Below, one piece after another: positions 1 to 9,951 of a stretch of 64,000 bases of DNA. Numbering within the stretch: the stretch's first letter is position 1; every line of letters begins with the position of its first letter. The stretch is taken from sequence record PP496441.1. The stretch is one strand, 5' to 3'. The notes under the pieces were generated by a model, which was not told where the DNA came from, did no database searches, and was given only the letters and a program-made list of their open reading frames with translations. Made by a program: the position numbers and the translations under genes.

Positions 1-11
1 CCGGAGGCTAC

Positions 12-755
12 ATGTCATCCCCGTATGGAAAGACAAGTGGCGGGTCAGACCAACCCGCCACCGCAGGATTCACCGACGAACAGGTGATGGACAGTTTGTT
101 CAACTCGTTCCGACCTGTTCCGGTCAAATACACGGTGGAAGTAATCTCACCCATATGGCTGCGCACCGAACCGGCTCACCCCTGTCTAGTTCCATGCGTG
201 CCCGTGATCCCGGCGCAGCCACTGGTGGGGGAGTACGAGGAAGCCCCCACAAGCTCGCAGGCGGACGATGATGAGGATGACCCCGATGATGACCGGTTCA
301 AGCGGCTAGCGCTCGCCTATCCGGGGCTGACGCGCTCGGAACTGGAAGCCATTGAAGGTGAAATCGTTGACGTTCTGGATATCGATGAGGACTTCAGAGA
401 TGAGTTCCTTCGCGATACCCAAGACATGGCGACCAGTATCCGGGAATTCCTCTTCAAGCAAATCGCGCCGATGGCTGTAGGTTCCAGTATTGCGTTCGAC
501 GAATTCAATCAGGAACTGTCTGCCGTCCTCGGGGACAAGAACGCCACTTCCAATTTCTCCACCGTCAAGCAGATGCTGGAGGACGCCATGACCATGAAGA
601 CTTTCGAGTTCCTGACCGAGCAGCTCAGCCTGTCGCCGGAAAGCTCGCGCCACGTTCTGTCGGTCTTCATGGCGAAGCGCATCTCCCCCGGAGGTAAGGG
701 CCGAAACACGGAGTCCTTGCTCAAGGATCTGCTTAACGCTACCAAAGGCGCATAA
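12..755 (+). CDS. hypothetical protein directly upstream of terL (possible terminase small subunit)
   Basis: GGAGG RBS at 3-7; acidic, helical 247 aa; stop 1 nt before the terL start. Function inferred from position only. Confidence 0.5.
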   Translation: MSSPYGKTSGGSDQPATAGFTDEQVMDSLFNSFRPVPVKYTVEVISPIWLRTEPAHPCLVPCVPVIPAQPLVGEYEEAPTSSQADDDEDDPDDDRFKRLALAYPGLTRSELEAIEGEIVDVLDIDEDFRDEFLRDTQDMATSIREFLFKQIAPMAVGSSIAFDEFNQELSAVLGDKNATSNFSTVKQMLEDAMTMKTFEFLTEQLSLSPESSRHVLSVFMAKRISPGGKGRNTESLLKDLLNATKGA

Positions 756-756
756 C

Positions 757-3138
757 ATGGCAGCCAAACCACCTGACAAGATCTCACGACGTAAGCTACA
801 GGAACTTCTGGATCGGAAGGAGGATCAACTCAAGTCTGATCACCGCTCCAAGAAGATCATCACCAAGCTCACGTCGTTCGAGAAGGCGAAAGCCGAAGCC
901 AGAGACATCACTAAGCCCTATCACAAGGAAGTGACTCTGGACGACATCATGGACCTTCGCGGAATGCTGGGCGGCAATCGCGCCATGGCCCCGTTGGAAG
1001 GTCAGTTCCTGATGACACCGGAGGAAGAACAGATCTCGGAACTGGGACTGTCGGAAACGCTGGATGAGATTTTCTCCAGTGGTATCGGCTTGCCTCCCGA
1101 CCTGAAGATCGATGACCGGGATCTGAAAGCGCTGCCCAACGTATTCGAGTGGACTACTTCGAAGATGGGCGCTAAGATGAAGCCGTACGCCCGGCAATAT
1201 GAGGTGATGATCAAGTCCTGCTCTGAGTGGTGCCCACCGTGCACTAAGAAGCGCTGGCCGAAACACAAGATGGGTTTCGCGAAATCGTTTCACTACTCGC
1301 CCGCTCTCCCCGTGGATTTTGACGTAGCCAACATTGATGACTACGTTCAGCACTTGGAGAACGGGCGTTGTCCGTGTTGCAAGAAAAGAAAATCGGAGTT
1401 GGTGCGCAGCGGGCAGTTGCCTCTGGTTACCGAACTGGACATGTGTCTGGGTCAGCGGGCGGGTAAGTCTGCAACGATCTATTCCCTGATCCCCTACCTC
1501 ATTCACCGCTGGCTCAAGGTTCCTTCGCCGGTACAGGCGCTGGGACTGCTGGACAACACCCTGCTGTCCGGGGTAGTAGTAGCATTGACCTATGCCAAGG
1601 CCACATCCCTTCTCTGGCAGCCGATCCACAACGCTATCTCGAACACCGGCTGGTTCAAAGAGTACAACGCGCTGTTGAACCACTACCAAGAGTTCTACGG
1701 CGAGGAATTCTTCAAGCTGAAAGACTCGTTCGTGCAGTACGGCCACCGGAATATGATCTTCAGCCCCTCCGGCCCGAACAAGCGTACACTCCGGGGTGAG
1801 ACCCGTATCTGGACCGGCACGGACGAAATCGGTTTCTTCTACCATGGCGACGACGGCGACGACAAGGAACGTGCATCGGCCAACGAGGTATACGTATCGC
1901 TGGGTAACTCCCTGTTCACGGTTAAGAAGGCAGCGGAAACTGCCTTACTGTCCGGCATGGACGGTATCCCTATGACCCTGATGGCGAACATCTCCTCGCC
2001 ATCTAGCTACAAAGACAAGATCATGTCGCTGATCCGTGAGTTCGAGAACGAGCCCACCGTCGTGACCATGCACTTGCCTACCTGGGAGTTCAACCCCAAG
2101 ACCAGTAAGGGTGACTTCAAGAAGGAATATGCGGCTGATCCTGTCAAGGCAGACCGTGACTTCGGGGCTAACCCTCCAATGTCCGAGAACCCCTACCTTC
2201 CTGACCTCGAACCCATGAAGCGTCAGGTGCTCAAGTCCCAGCGCAACATGGTAGAGTACGAATATAAGCTGATCAAGGCTACCAACGGTGCACCACAGCG
2301 CTATGCCAAGATCAAGCGACTCCGTGAGTTCATGGACAAGGTGCCGAAGCACGTGATGACCATCGACGCCGGGCACAGCAACAACTCCTTCGCCTTGACC
2401 GTTGGTTATCCAGAGATGTACCGAGGGAAGCTTCGTCTGGTGTGCACGGGTGTGGTGGAAGTGGCACCGACACATGGCCAGAACACTATAAACTTCACCA
2501 AGATCGCCAAGGAAATGATCTACCCGCTGATCGAGCACTTCAACGTTGGTCTGGTGGTGACTGACCGCTGGAACTCTTTGAAGCTGCTGCATGACATCGA
2601 AGACGAGTACGGTATCTTCACGTTGCAGTACAGTCTGCGACCAGATGACTTCAACTTTATCTACGACTACTACATGGATGAAGACTTCGCCTATGCCCGT
2701 ATTCCGGTGCCTGAGATTCCCATTGATCAGATCATGGACGTCGATATCGATGAGTACCCGAAGTGCTTCGGTCCCGGCAACAAGACCACGGGCAGGCCAA
2801 TGCCTGTAGCGCACATGATCCATCAGTCGCAAACGGTTCAGGTGAATAGCCGGGGCAGTGTGGACAAAGGCTTGGGTCTGACCGATGACATATTCCGTGC
2901 GTTCAACTTGCTCACCTATGTCTGCGTGGATGAGGAATACGTGGAAGAGTACATGCTGCTAACGGGTTCGGTCGCCGGTGAGAAGCGTGCCATTGGCGCC
3001 ATGGCAAGAGGTGGCATAACTCCGGGTAGTCGGGGCAGTGGTGGCAAGGCCATGACTACCTCCGTCGGTGCGGTCGCGGGGGCGAGCACAGCCTCCGGCA
3101 GCGGCGGGAACGGTGTATTCAGCCGTACGTCCCGCTAA
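757..3138 (+). CDS. terL: terminase large subunit
   Basis: Walker A GQRAGKS, Walker B TGTDEIG, RNase H-like nuclease motif TIDAG; followed by a portal-like gene. Confidence 0.88.
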   Translation: MAAKPPDKISRRKLQELLDRKEDQLKSDHRSKKIITKLTSFEKAKAEARDITKPYHKEVTLDDIMDLRGMLGGNRAMAPLEGQFLMTPEEEQISELGLSETLDEIFSSGIGLPPDLKIDDRDLKALPNVFEWTTSKMGAKMKPYARQYEVMIKSCSEWCPPCTKKRWPKHKMGFAKSFHYSPALPVDFDVANIDDYVQHLENGRCPCCKKRKSELVRSGQLPLVTELDMCLGQRAGKSATIYSLIPYLIHRWLKVPSPVQALGLLDNTLLSGVVVALTYAKATSLLWQPIHNAISNTGWFKEYNALLNHYQEFYGEEFFKLKDSFVQYGHRNMIFSPSGPNKRTLRGETRIWTGTDEIGFFYHGDDGDDKERASANEVYVSLGNSLFTVKKAAETALLSGMDGIPMTLMANISSPSSYKDKIMSLIREFENEPTVVTMHLPTWEFNPKTSKGDFKKEYAADPVKADRDFGANPPMSENPYLPDLEPMKRQVLKSQRNMVEYEYKLIKATNGAPQRYAKIKRLREFMDKVPKHVMTIDAGHSNNSFALTVGYPEMYRGKLRLVCTGVVEVAPTHGQNTINFTKIAKEMIYPLIEHFNVGLVVTDRWNSLKLLHDIEDEYGIFTLQYSLRPDDFNFIYDYYMDEDFAYARIPVPEIPIDQIMDVDIDEYPKCFGPGNKTTGRPMPVAHMIHQSQTVQVNSRGSVDKGLGLTDDIFRAFNLLTYVCVDEEYVEEYMLLTGSVAGEKRAIGAMARGGITPGSRGSGGKAMTTSVGAVAGASTASGSGGNGVFSRTSR

Positions 3139-3191
3139 TTCAGACCCTAATTAAAGCCATTAAACGGATAACCCGAGTCGGGAGACCTGAA

Positions 3192-3419
3192 ATGCTGAAC
3201 GTATTCGATTTGATCAAGAGTAAGATGCCTAACGTCCACATCGAAGAAGCCCGCGTGGCTGAGGAACGTGAGATGGCTACGGCAGGGCTGAGCAACGATG
3301 ACCCTCTGGTGTGCCCCGTGTGCAAAGAGCGGACCCAACCGATCATGGGGGGCAATAACGTACCCATGCTCATCTGCGAGAAAGACCGCGTAGCCATGCC
3401 TGTCCCTGAAGGGGTCTAA
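3192..3419 (+). CDS. small Cys-rich (CPVC...C) head-module protein
   Basis: GGGAG RBS; sits between terL and portal; contains the REMATA motif. Confidence 0.7.
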   Translation: MLNVFDLIKSKMPNVHIEEARVAEEREMATAGLSNDDPLVCPVCKERTQPIMGGNNVPMLICEKDRVAMPVPEGV

Positions 3420-3420
3420 C

Positions 3421-5235
3421 ATGATCCGAATGAACAACCGCATGCGGTTATCAGACAAGAATGGTCGCATGACGACCATCGCGTCACCGCAGAGCATGAG
3501 TGGCAGCATGGGTGCAGGGGGTCACCCCATGACTCGCGCCATGGGTGGCAACGCGTCCACCCGAGACAGCCTGCTCGACGGCATCCTGAAGCTCGACCCG
3601 GATGTCATGCGTCAGATCTACATGGATATGTACCTGTTCGATCCGACCATCGGCGGTGCCACTGACTTGCTGGCCCAGAGCCCGTGGTCGGACTACGATC
3701 TAGTAGACGCTGAGCCGGATCAACTGGACATCTTCTACCGGTCGATGGAACTGCTGAACTACCGAGAGCTGATGCCGGAGTTCACCATCGACTACCTGAC
3801 GCTGGGCGCTGCCGTAGGTACTCCGCTGTACAGCGTGTCGGAAAAGGCATTCACCGACATCATTCCGCACTCCATCGCCAGTATTCAGGTTCAGGAAGTT
3901 CCACTGTATTCCCAAGACCCTGTGCTGACGCTGCTGGTGCCGGAAGAGATGCGCACGTTCGCGACCAGTCAAGACCCTTATGTGGTTAAGATGCGGCAGC
4001 GCATGACACCGAAGATGGTGGAAGCATTCCGAGCGCAGGAGGTTGCACTTGATCCGGTGACCACGCTGTACGTACCCCGCACTTCGTTCTCGACAGTGCA
4101 GCAAGGCGTATCGCTGTACACCCGCTTGATCCCGATCTACTTGCTCGAACGTCTGCTGTACCGTGGCACGTTGACCGAGGCTACTCGCCGCCAGCGCTCG
4201 ACGTTGCACATTCAAGCCGGTGACGATCTGTGGAACCCGGACGACAACGAGCTGAACAGTCTGGTGCAGCTGTTCCTGCAAGCCGAGCAAGATCCAGTGT
4301 CGGCCATCGTCGCTACCCAGATGAACGTGCAGACTCAGGAGATTCGAGCTGCCGGTGACTTCTGGAAGTGGACGGATAACCTGGAGCAGTTCAACGACAT
4401 CAAGCTGCGAGGCATGGGGATCAACGAATCCTACATGTCAGGTGATGTGACCTACGACAACCTGAGTACCAGTGTTACCATGTTCCAAGAGCAGCAGGAC
4501 TCGCTCCGGGAAATGATGGTACGTAAGACTCTATATACCAAGGTGTTCCCGGTCCTGTCGATCACCCACGACTTCCGCCGCAAGGAAGAGTCGAGTCATG
4601 CTCGCCGCGAGATGGCTACGGCCAAGGCTGCACAGAAGCGTACCCTGAACGATTCGTTCGCGTTCCAGGTGAACGACAAATCGTCGCTGGTCATCCCCAA
4701 AGTGGTGTGGCACAAGAAGCTACGTTCCATGTACACCGAAGGTTCGTTCGACATCCTTGAGAAGCTGTCGGAAGCTGGTCTGCCGGTTACACTCCGGGCA
4801 TGGGCCGCTGCCGGGGGTTACGACCTGGATAGCGCCATGCAGGCAATGGCCGACGACGCCAAGCTGCGTAAAGAAGTGTCGGACTTCAAAGCCAAGAATG
4901 GTATTGACGCCGGTACGGAAAACGACTTCAACCTCGATGGTGATACCGAGCTGTCGATGGTCAGGTCCGCGTCCGCGTTGCTGGACAAGGCAATGGGTGG
5001 CCGGGGTATGAAGCCACTGGGTCTGCTGGGTCGTGAGTTCAGTGAGGCGGATTCCGAAGTGGTGCGCCATGACCATTCCGGCAAGCGCGTCTGGGTAGTT
5101 GACCAGCACCGAGCCAAGCGGGAAGAGAACGACAAAGCGATGAAGGCTTTGAAGCAAGCTTCCGATCCAAACTTCCGTGCCAAGACGGTAGCCGCCGTTA
5201 ACCGTAGACAAGGCGCGAGAAAGACTCGCGGCTGA
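3421..5235 (+). CDS. portal protein (putative)
   Basis: 604 aa after terL, helical N-terminus (MYLFDPTIGGATDLL) and portal-like layout; canonical terL-portal-protease order. Confidence 0.75.
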   Translation: MIRMNNRMRLSDKNGRMTTIASPQSMSGSMGAGGHPMTRAMGGNASTRDSLLDGILKLDPDVMRQIYMDMYLFDPTIGGATDLLAQSPWSDYDLVDAEPDQLDIFYRSMELLNYRELMPEFTIDYLTLGAAVGTPLYSVSEKAFTDIIPHSIASIQVQEVPLYSQDPVLTLLVPEEMRTFATSQDPYVVKMRQRMTPKMVEAFRAQEVALDPVTTLYVPRTSFSTVQQGVSLYTRLIPIYLLERLLYRGTLTEATRRQRSTLHIQAGDDLWNPDDNELNSLVQLFLQAEQDPVSAIVATQMNVQTQEIRAAGDFWKWTDNLEQFNDIKLRGMGINESYMSGDVTYDNLSTSVTMFQEQQDSLREMMVRKTLYTKVFPVLSITHDFRRKEESSHARREMATAKAAQKRTLNDSFAFQVNDKSSLVIPKVVWHKKLRSMYTEGSFDILEKLSEAGLPVTLRAWAAAGGYDLDSAMQAMADDAKLRKEVSDFKAKNGIDAGTENDFNLDGDTELSMVRSASALLDKAMGGRGMKPLGLLGREFSEADSEVVRHDHSGKRVWVVDQHRAKREENDKAMKALKQASDPNFRAKTVAAVNRRQGARKTRG

Positions 5236-5259
5236 CAATTATATAACTGGAGAGCATAC

Positions 5260-7452
5260 ATGAAACACAATCCACAAGTCACGCGCCTTTCCGCCTTGGC
5301 TGCTGCCGGTATCAACGTCAAGTCAGGCTCGCCGGTCGATGTTGTGCACCAGCACACTCGCACTCTGGGCAACAACATCGACAAGTTGAGCACGCCTCGT
5401 CAGTGGGCCATTGCTCATCTGATGAACGAAGCGGCCGACCTGCTGGTTGTAGAAACTGGCAGCCTTCAAGACGACTACATCGACTACTTCAAAGGTGCAC
5501 TGGAGAAGTTCGGTGTGTCCTCCCCGGCGGAATTGACCCAAGAGAAGGCTTCCGAGTTCTTCAACTGGATCAGCGACAACTGGAAGAAAGGTGAAGGCCC
5601 GAAAGAAACGGCAGGCGCCTTCAACTCCGACAAGTCTCGTCGTATCCTTCGTGATCAGCTTACGGCGGTATTGAGTCTCCCCGGCTCGAAACGTAAGTCT
5701 TTTGTGGCGCAAGTACTAAAGACGGCCAAAGCTGAAGGCACTACTATCCCCGAGCCTCAGATGTATGATGATCGCGGGCTCACTGCGTGGATGAACTCGA
5801 AAGTAACTGATCTTCAGCTCACTCAAGATGTACTCACCGACATGGGTGTACTGAAGTGGGCAGAAGAGTCGGAAGCCAGTGTCGAAACTGCCGCCCCTAC
5901 TGAGCTGCGCAAGGCGTTGGACAAACTCCTGCCAGTACTCAAGAAAGCATGGCCCGCTGGCGTGGACATGGATGAGATGGAAGGCTATATCGCGCTGTCC
6001 GAACTGGATGGGGATAGCCCTGATGAAGCTGGCGCCGACGCTTTCAGCAAGCTCAAGGGTGTGTCTAAGTGGAAGAAGATGAAGGGCAGTGGTCACTCTT
6101 ATGATCGCTGGTCGTTCACTCTGGCCGGTGTTGATGCCGAAGTCGAGTTCGACGAAGACGGTATCGGTTACGTCTGGTTGCCAGCGTCGTTCTATCCGGA
6201 GCAGGCCAGCGTAGAAACTGCCCGCACCCAGATGGATATCTTGGCCACCCGTGTGAGCGACGCCAAGTACGCTCTGTCCATCGCCAAAACGCCGGAAGCC
6301 AAGGCTAAGGCTAAAGACCGACTGACCAAGGCTAAAGCTGCCCAGTTGGCTTTCCGTAGAAAGAGCAAGGCTACGGCGGAAGTCGAAACCGCCAGTCAGT
6401 TCTCCTTCGTCAAAGTCACCCAGAACGGTAACACGTATCGTCTGGAAGCGTCGGACACCGGTAACTTCAAATCCGTCATGATCTGGAAAGGCGGCATGTG
6501 GACGAAGCCAGGTCCGGACGAAGCGTTCAAGGATAAAGAGCCACACCGCATGCTGGGTGCCCTGCGCACGCCCAACGGTGCAGAACTGGCTACCCTCAAC
6601 CTGCCGGAAACCCCAGTGGCAAGCATGGAAGAGATGGCCGAGCTGTTCGGCGCCATGGGTATCGAAGAGAGCGAGATCCGTCGCTTCTACGGCGGTGGCC
6701 CAGAGTGGAATGATCGCAGCGTCTACGATGGCAACATCCCGAGCGTATCCCCCGCTAATCTGGGTGTGAACCCAACTTATGCCTACACCGACATGCACCC
6801 GCTGCGTGCCTATGAGGCGGAAGACACCATCCGTATCAACGGCCTTGACGCCACGTTGCAATCCATCGACAACGGGCAGGCTGTGTTCACAGTTGACGGC
6901 GTAGATACCACCACGGTGCCGCTGGACAACATCGTGGTCGCTGAAGGTGAAGCCTCGGTAGTAGCCACTGCCATGGTATCTCATCGCGTACTGGTCACTG
7001 CTGGTCACGAAGACCTGACTCAGTACAAGTCGCTGCGTCACGACTTCGAGGCTGTTACTGCGAACCACCAAGAGCTGTCACAAGTCAAGGTAGGCCCGGC
7101 GCTGCAAACCCTCGCCAAGGCGGGTAACCGTCGCGCTCTGGTACTGGCCCACGCCGGTGTGCAGCGTATCAACGAAGGTCATGCACTGCTCAAAGCCTCC
7201 ATCGGCTATGGCAAGGAAGCGGCGACCGCCAGTGTCATCACAGAGCTGGCTGATCTGAACAACCTGTGTGGCAAGGATCAAGTATCGCCGCAAGACGTTA
7301 TCGACTCCGCGCCGGTGGTCACCCATCTGAAACAGGGGGAGTTCAAGGCAGACATGCCGGACGTGGTTGACTCTTCGGACTTCGAGCTGAACGACCCGCA
7401 AGCCGAACAGGCGTCCACGCGCAAGAGCCGCTTCCCAAGCCGCAAGCGCTAA
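5260..7452 (+). CDS. mosaic head-associated protein (putative polyprotein with xETA linkers)
   Basis: 730 aa between portal and protease; repeated KETA/SVETA/EVETA/VVATA/AATA motifs; one module shared with 11250..13268. Confidence 0.7.
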   Translation: MKHNPQVTRLSALAAAGINVKSGSPVDVVHQHTRTLGNNIDKLSTPRQWAIAHLMNEAADLLVVETGSLQDDYIDYFKGALEKFGVSSPAELTQEKASEFFNWISDNWKKGEGPKETAGAFNSDKSRRILRDQLTAVLSLPGSKRKSFVAQVLKTAKAEGTTIPEPQMYDDRGLTAWMNSKVTDLQLTQDVLTDMGVLKWAEESEASVETAAPTELRKALDKLLPVLKKAWPAGVDMDEMEGYIALSELDGDSPDEAGADAFSKLKGVSKWKKMKGSGHSYDRWSFTLAGVDAEVEFDEDGIGYVWLPASFYPEQASVETARTQMDILATRVSDAKYALSIAKTPEAKAKAKDRLTKAKAAQLAFRRKSKATAEVETASQFSFVKVTQNGNTYRLEASDTGNFKSVMIWKGGMWTKPGPDEAFKDKEPHRMLGALRTPNGAELATLNLPETPVASMEEMAELFGAMGIEESEIRRFYGGGPEWNDRSVYDGNIPSVSPANLGVNPTYAYTDMHPLRAYEAEDTIRINGLDATLQSIDNGQAVFTVDGVDTTTVPLDNIVVAEGEASVVATAMVSHRVLVTAGHEDLTQYKSLRHDFEAVTANHQELSQVKVGPALQTLAKAGNRRALVLAHAGVQRINEGHALLKASIGYGKEAATASVITELADLNNLCGKDQVSPQDVIDSAPVVTHLKQGEFKADMPDVVDSSDFELNDPQAEQASTRKSRFPSRKR

Positions 7453-7464
7453 TAATCTGGACAG

Positions 7465-7482
7465 GGGGATCGCAAGGTCCCC
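7465..7482 (+). repeat. GNRA-loop hairpin GGGGATC-GCAA-GGTCCCC, copy 1
   Basis: Near-identical copies at 14498 and 48985; no U-tract. Confidence 0.8.
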
Positions 7483-7499
7483 TCATCAGGAACTTGACT

Positions 7500-8894
7500 A
7501 TGACAATCAAGAGTGCTACATTTGCGGTGGCTGAATCTCAAGCTCAAGGCCTAGCCAACTCCATGGGATGGCCGGGTGAGGTAATGGACAACGGTGACGG
7601 CACTGTCACTCTGTCGCCACCCGACGCATGGGACGATGAAGAGAACCCCGGCAAGGTGGCAGCGTCCAAGCTGACCGGTAACAAGGACTGTCACGTCTTC
7701 GCCAGTATGGCGGTACCCAGTGAAGGTGAGTGGATGGCTGTAGTCATTCAAGGTACCCCAGCGCTGGTACTCATCGACCAAGGATCTGGTGAAGGCTGGT
7801 TGACCCTACAGGCCCCTGCGGACTTCGATGTTCCAGAGAGCGTGTTGATTCCTTTCCAACAACGCCTGACCCAAACGGAAACCGCTTCAATGAAGAAGAC
7901 TATCGTGCTGGCTAACGTCTCCAGCGACCCGGCCACTCCTGATTATCAGGAAGCCTCGATCACTGGTGTTACGCCGGAAGGTCACATCTCAGTAGCGTTC
8001 GCTGACGGTGACATCGGTGTGTACCAAGGTAAGTTCGACCCTGCTGGTCTGATGCCAATCGCGGAAGCGGCAGGCGTCGAAGTTGCCAGCTTCAAACACC
8101 ACACCATGGTTCTGGCCAACGTTGGCACTGCGGCAGCACCTGAATACGCCGAAGCTGAGGTGGTTGGTTCCACCGAGGAAGGCCATTTGGAAGTCGCGTT
8201 CGCTGATGGTGACGTGGGCATCTACCGTTCCTTGTTCCACCCTACCGGTATCTTGCCACTGGGTGTGACTGCCGAGACGGCCAGTGTGCTCATCGAGGTA
8301 GCTGCACGTACGGCGATGAGCCCGGAGCAGAAGCTCAAGCGTGCACAGGACCTGCTCAAGCTGCGCATCCTGCACGACAAGTACGAGACCAACACCGACG
8401 CCCTGAAAGGCAAGAAGGGTCCGGACAATAAAGCCAAGCGCGACAAGAACAACGCTGACAAGGTGAAGCTTCGTGCCAAGCTGGACAAGATGGGTGTCAC
8501 GACGCTGCCGAGCAAAGCTCACCTGCAGCGTACCATCAAGCAGCACAGCGACCTGCCGACCCGTATGCGTGCATCGGACAAGAAGCCAGCCGTCAAGCCT
8601 GGGGCTAAACCCGCTGCTAAGAAGCCAGCGGCTAAGAAAACTATCGTAAGCCTCAATGACGATATCAAGCTTGCCAAGTCACGGTTGAAGTCTGCCAAGT
8701 TAAGGGGGGATGAAAGTACCATCAAGCATGCAGAGGCTCAGATTGAAAAGTGGACCGACGAGCTGAATGATCTGCTCAGGGCCAAAGGGCATGATATCCC
8801 TGTTCGCAAGAAACCAGCTGCAAAGGACGCACCTGCCTCTAACACTCGGGAAGTTAACCGAATGGCCAAAATGATGAAGAAGTACAAAGGCTAA
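7500..8894 (+). CDS. head-associated protein with tandem Tudor/SH3-like repeats and Lys/Ala-rich basic tail
   Basis: Two internal repeats VLANV...P.Y.EA.....EGH..VAFADGD.G.Y; TETA/AETA linkers; ATG at 7500 (track uses TTG at 7494). Confidence 0.7.
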   Translation: MTIKSATFAVAESQAQGLANSMGWPGEVMDNGDGTVTLSPPDAWDDEENPGKVAASKLTGNKDCHVFASMAVPSEGEWMAVVIQGTPALVLIDQGSGEGWLTLQAPADFDVPESVLIPFQQRLTQTETASMKKTIVLANVSSDPATPDYQEASITGVTPEGHISVAFADGDIGVYQGKFDPAGLMPIAEAAGVEVASFKHHTMVLANVGTAAAPEYAEAEVVGSTEEGHLEVAFADGDVGIYRSLFHPTGILPLGVTAETASVLIEVAARTAMSPEQKLKRAQDLLKLRILHDKYETNTDALKGKKGPDNKAKRDKNNADKVKLRAKLDKMGVTTLPSKAHLQRTIKQHSDLPTRMRASDKKPAVKPGAKPAAKKPAAKKTIVSLNDDIKLAKSRLKSAKLRGDESTIKHAEAQIEKWTDELNDLLRAKGHDIPVRKKPAAKDAPASNTREVNRMAKMMKKYKG

Positions 8895-8915
8895 TCCCTC
8901 TGACTGGAGCAAGAC

Positions 8916-9674
8916 ATGAACGTGTTTGAAATGATTGCCCAGCAGAACGCCGCGATGAAACCCATCGACGTGCACAAGCTGGTTAAAGGCAAGGATGTAG
9001 ATCCAAAGCTCAAGGAGATGACCACGGCCAAAGTCGGTATGCCCGGCTTGGCCCAGGCCATTACGTTCGCGGAGTGGTTGCCGTTCGCGGCCAAGACGTA
9101 TCACTGCTCGCCGGATCCGAAGGATTACATTCTGGTCCCGAACATCGTGATGCCGTCGGAGATCCCCAACCGGAATGGCGTGGGCTTCCCCTTGCAGCAA
9201 CTGGTACGATTCAACCCAGAGACTGGTTGCCAAGGCTTCCGTACGGCAGTCGGCAAGGGTACGTACGCGGACCACCAGAACAACACCGTCGCCCCGCTGG
9301 CGAAAGGCGTTATCGTGGATTCGTTCATGCGTCCGCTGGAAGGCTTCAAGGGCGGCGTGTGGAAGTTGCTGTTCCTCTTGGCGTACGACCGGTCCAAAGA
9401 CCAAGCGCTCACCAACGCCATCTTGGCAGGCACTCGTACTAACTACAGCATGGGCGCGTACCTGACCAAGTACACGTGCTCAGTCTGTGGCCGGGACCGG
9501 GGCCAGTGTGTGCACTTGAGCGCGCAGAAAGGTTCGGTGAACTTCCGCAAGGTAGGGAACCAGCTGGCGTACTCGCAGGCATACGAACCTATTTTCTTCG
9601 AGACGTCCTCGGTAGAAGATCCGGCATTCGTATCGTCGATTACTGGCGCTGACCACCTGCTTATCACTCGATAA
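8916..9674 (+). CDS. prohead (maturation) protease, putative
   Basis: PNRNG, ADHQN (His), YSMG (Ser), CSVCG/CxH Zn insert, VEDPA; pattern typical of phage prohead proteases. Confidence 0.75.
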   Translation: MNVFEMIAQQNAAMKPIDVHKLVKGKDVDPKLKEMTTAKVGMPGLAQAITFAEWLPFAAKTYHCSPDPKDYILVPNIVMPSEIPNRNGVGFPLQQLVRFNPETGCQGFRTAVGKGTYADHQNNTVAPLAKGVIVDSFMRPLEGFKGGVWKLLFLLAYDRSKDQALTNAILAGTRTNYSMGAYLTKYTCSVCGRDRGQCVHLSAQKGSVNFRKVGNQLAYSQAYEPIFFETSSVEDPAFVSSITGADHLLITR

Positions 9675-9706
9675 GCAGGAACTCCGTAAGAAGTAGAGGT
9701 AACATC

Positions 9707-9865
9707 ATGGGTATCACTACCATTCTCCTGATCGTGTTGATAGTTCTGCTCGTCTGCGGCTTGCCCGTGTTCCCGTACTCCGCAGGTTGGGGTTACGGCC
9801 CGTCTGGACTGCTCACGGTTATCGTCGTTATCCTGCTTATCCTCGTCTTGACCGGACGACTGTGA
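9707..9865 (+). CDS. DUF3309-like small membrane protein (52 aa, not in ORF track)
   Basis: MGITTILLIVLIVLLVCGLPVFPYSAGWGYGPSGLLTVIVVILLILVLTGRL; GAGGT RBS; WGYGPSG signature. Confidence 0.8.
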   Translation: MGITTILLIVLIVLLVCGLPVFPYSAGWGYGPSGLLTVIVVILLILVLTGRL

Positions 9866-9870
9866 CAACC

Positions 9871-9903
9871 GCCCGCTCTGGCAAACGCTGGGGCGGGCTT
9901 TTT
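9871..9903 (+). terminator. rho-independent terminator
   Basis: GCCCGC...GCGGGC stem followed by TTTTT. Confidence 0.8.
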
Positions 9904-9951
9904 CGTATCTGCTAATTACAAAACATGGATAAATAAATTGGAAGATGGGAC

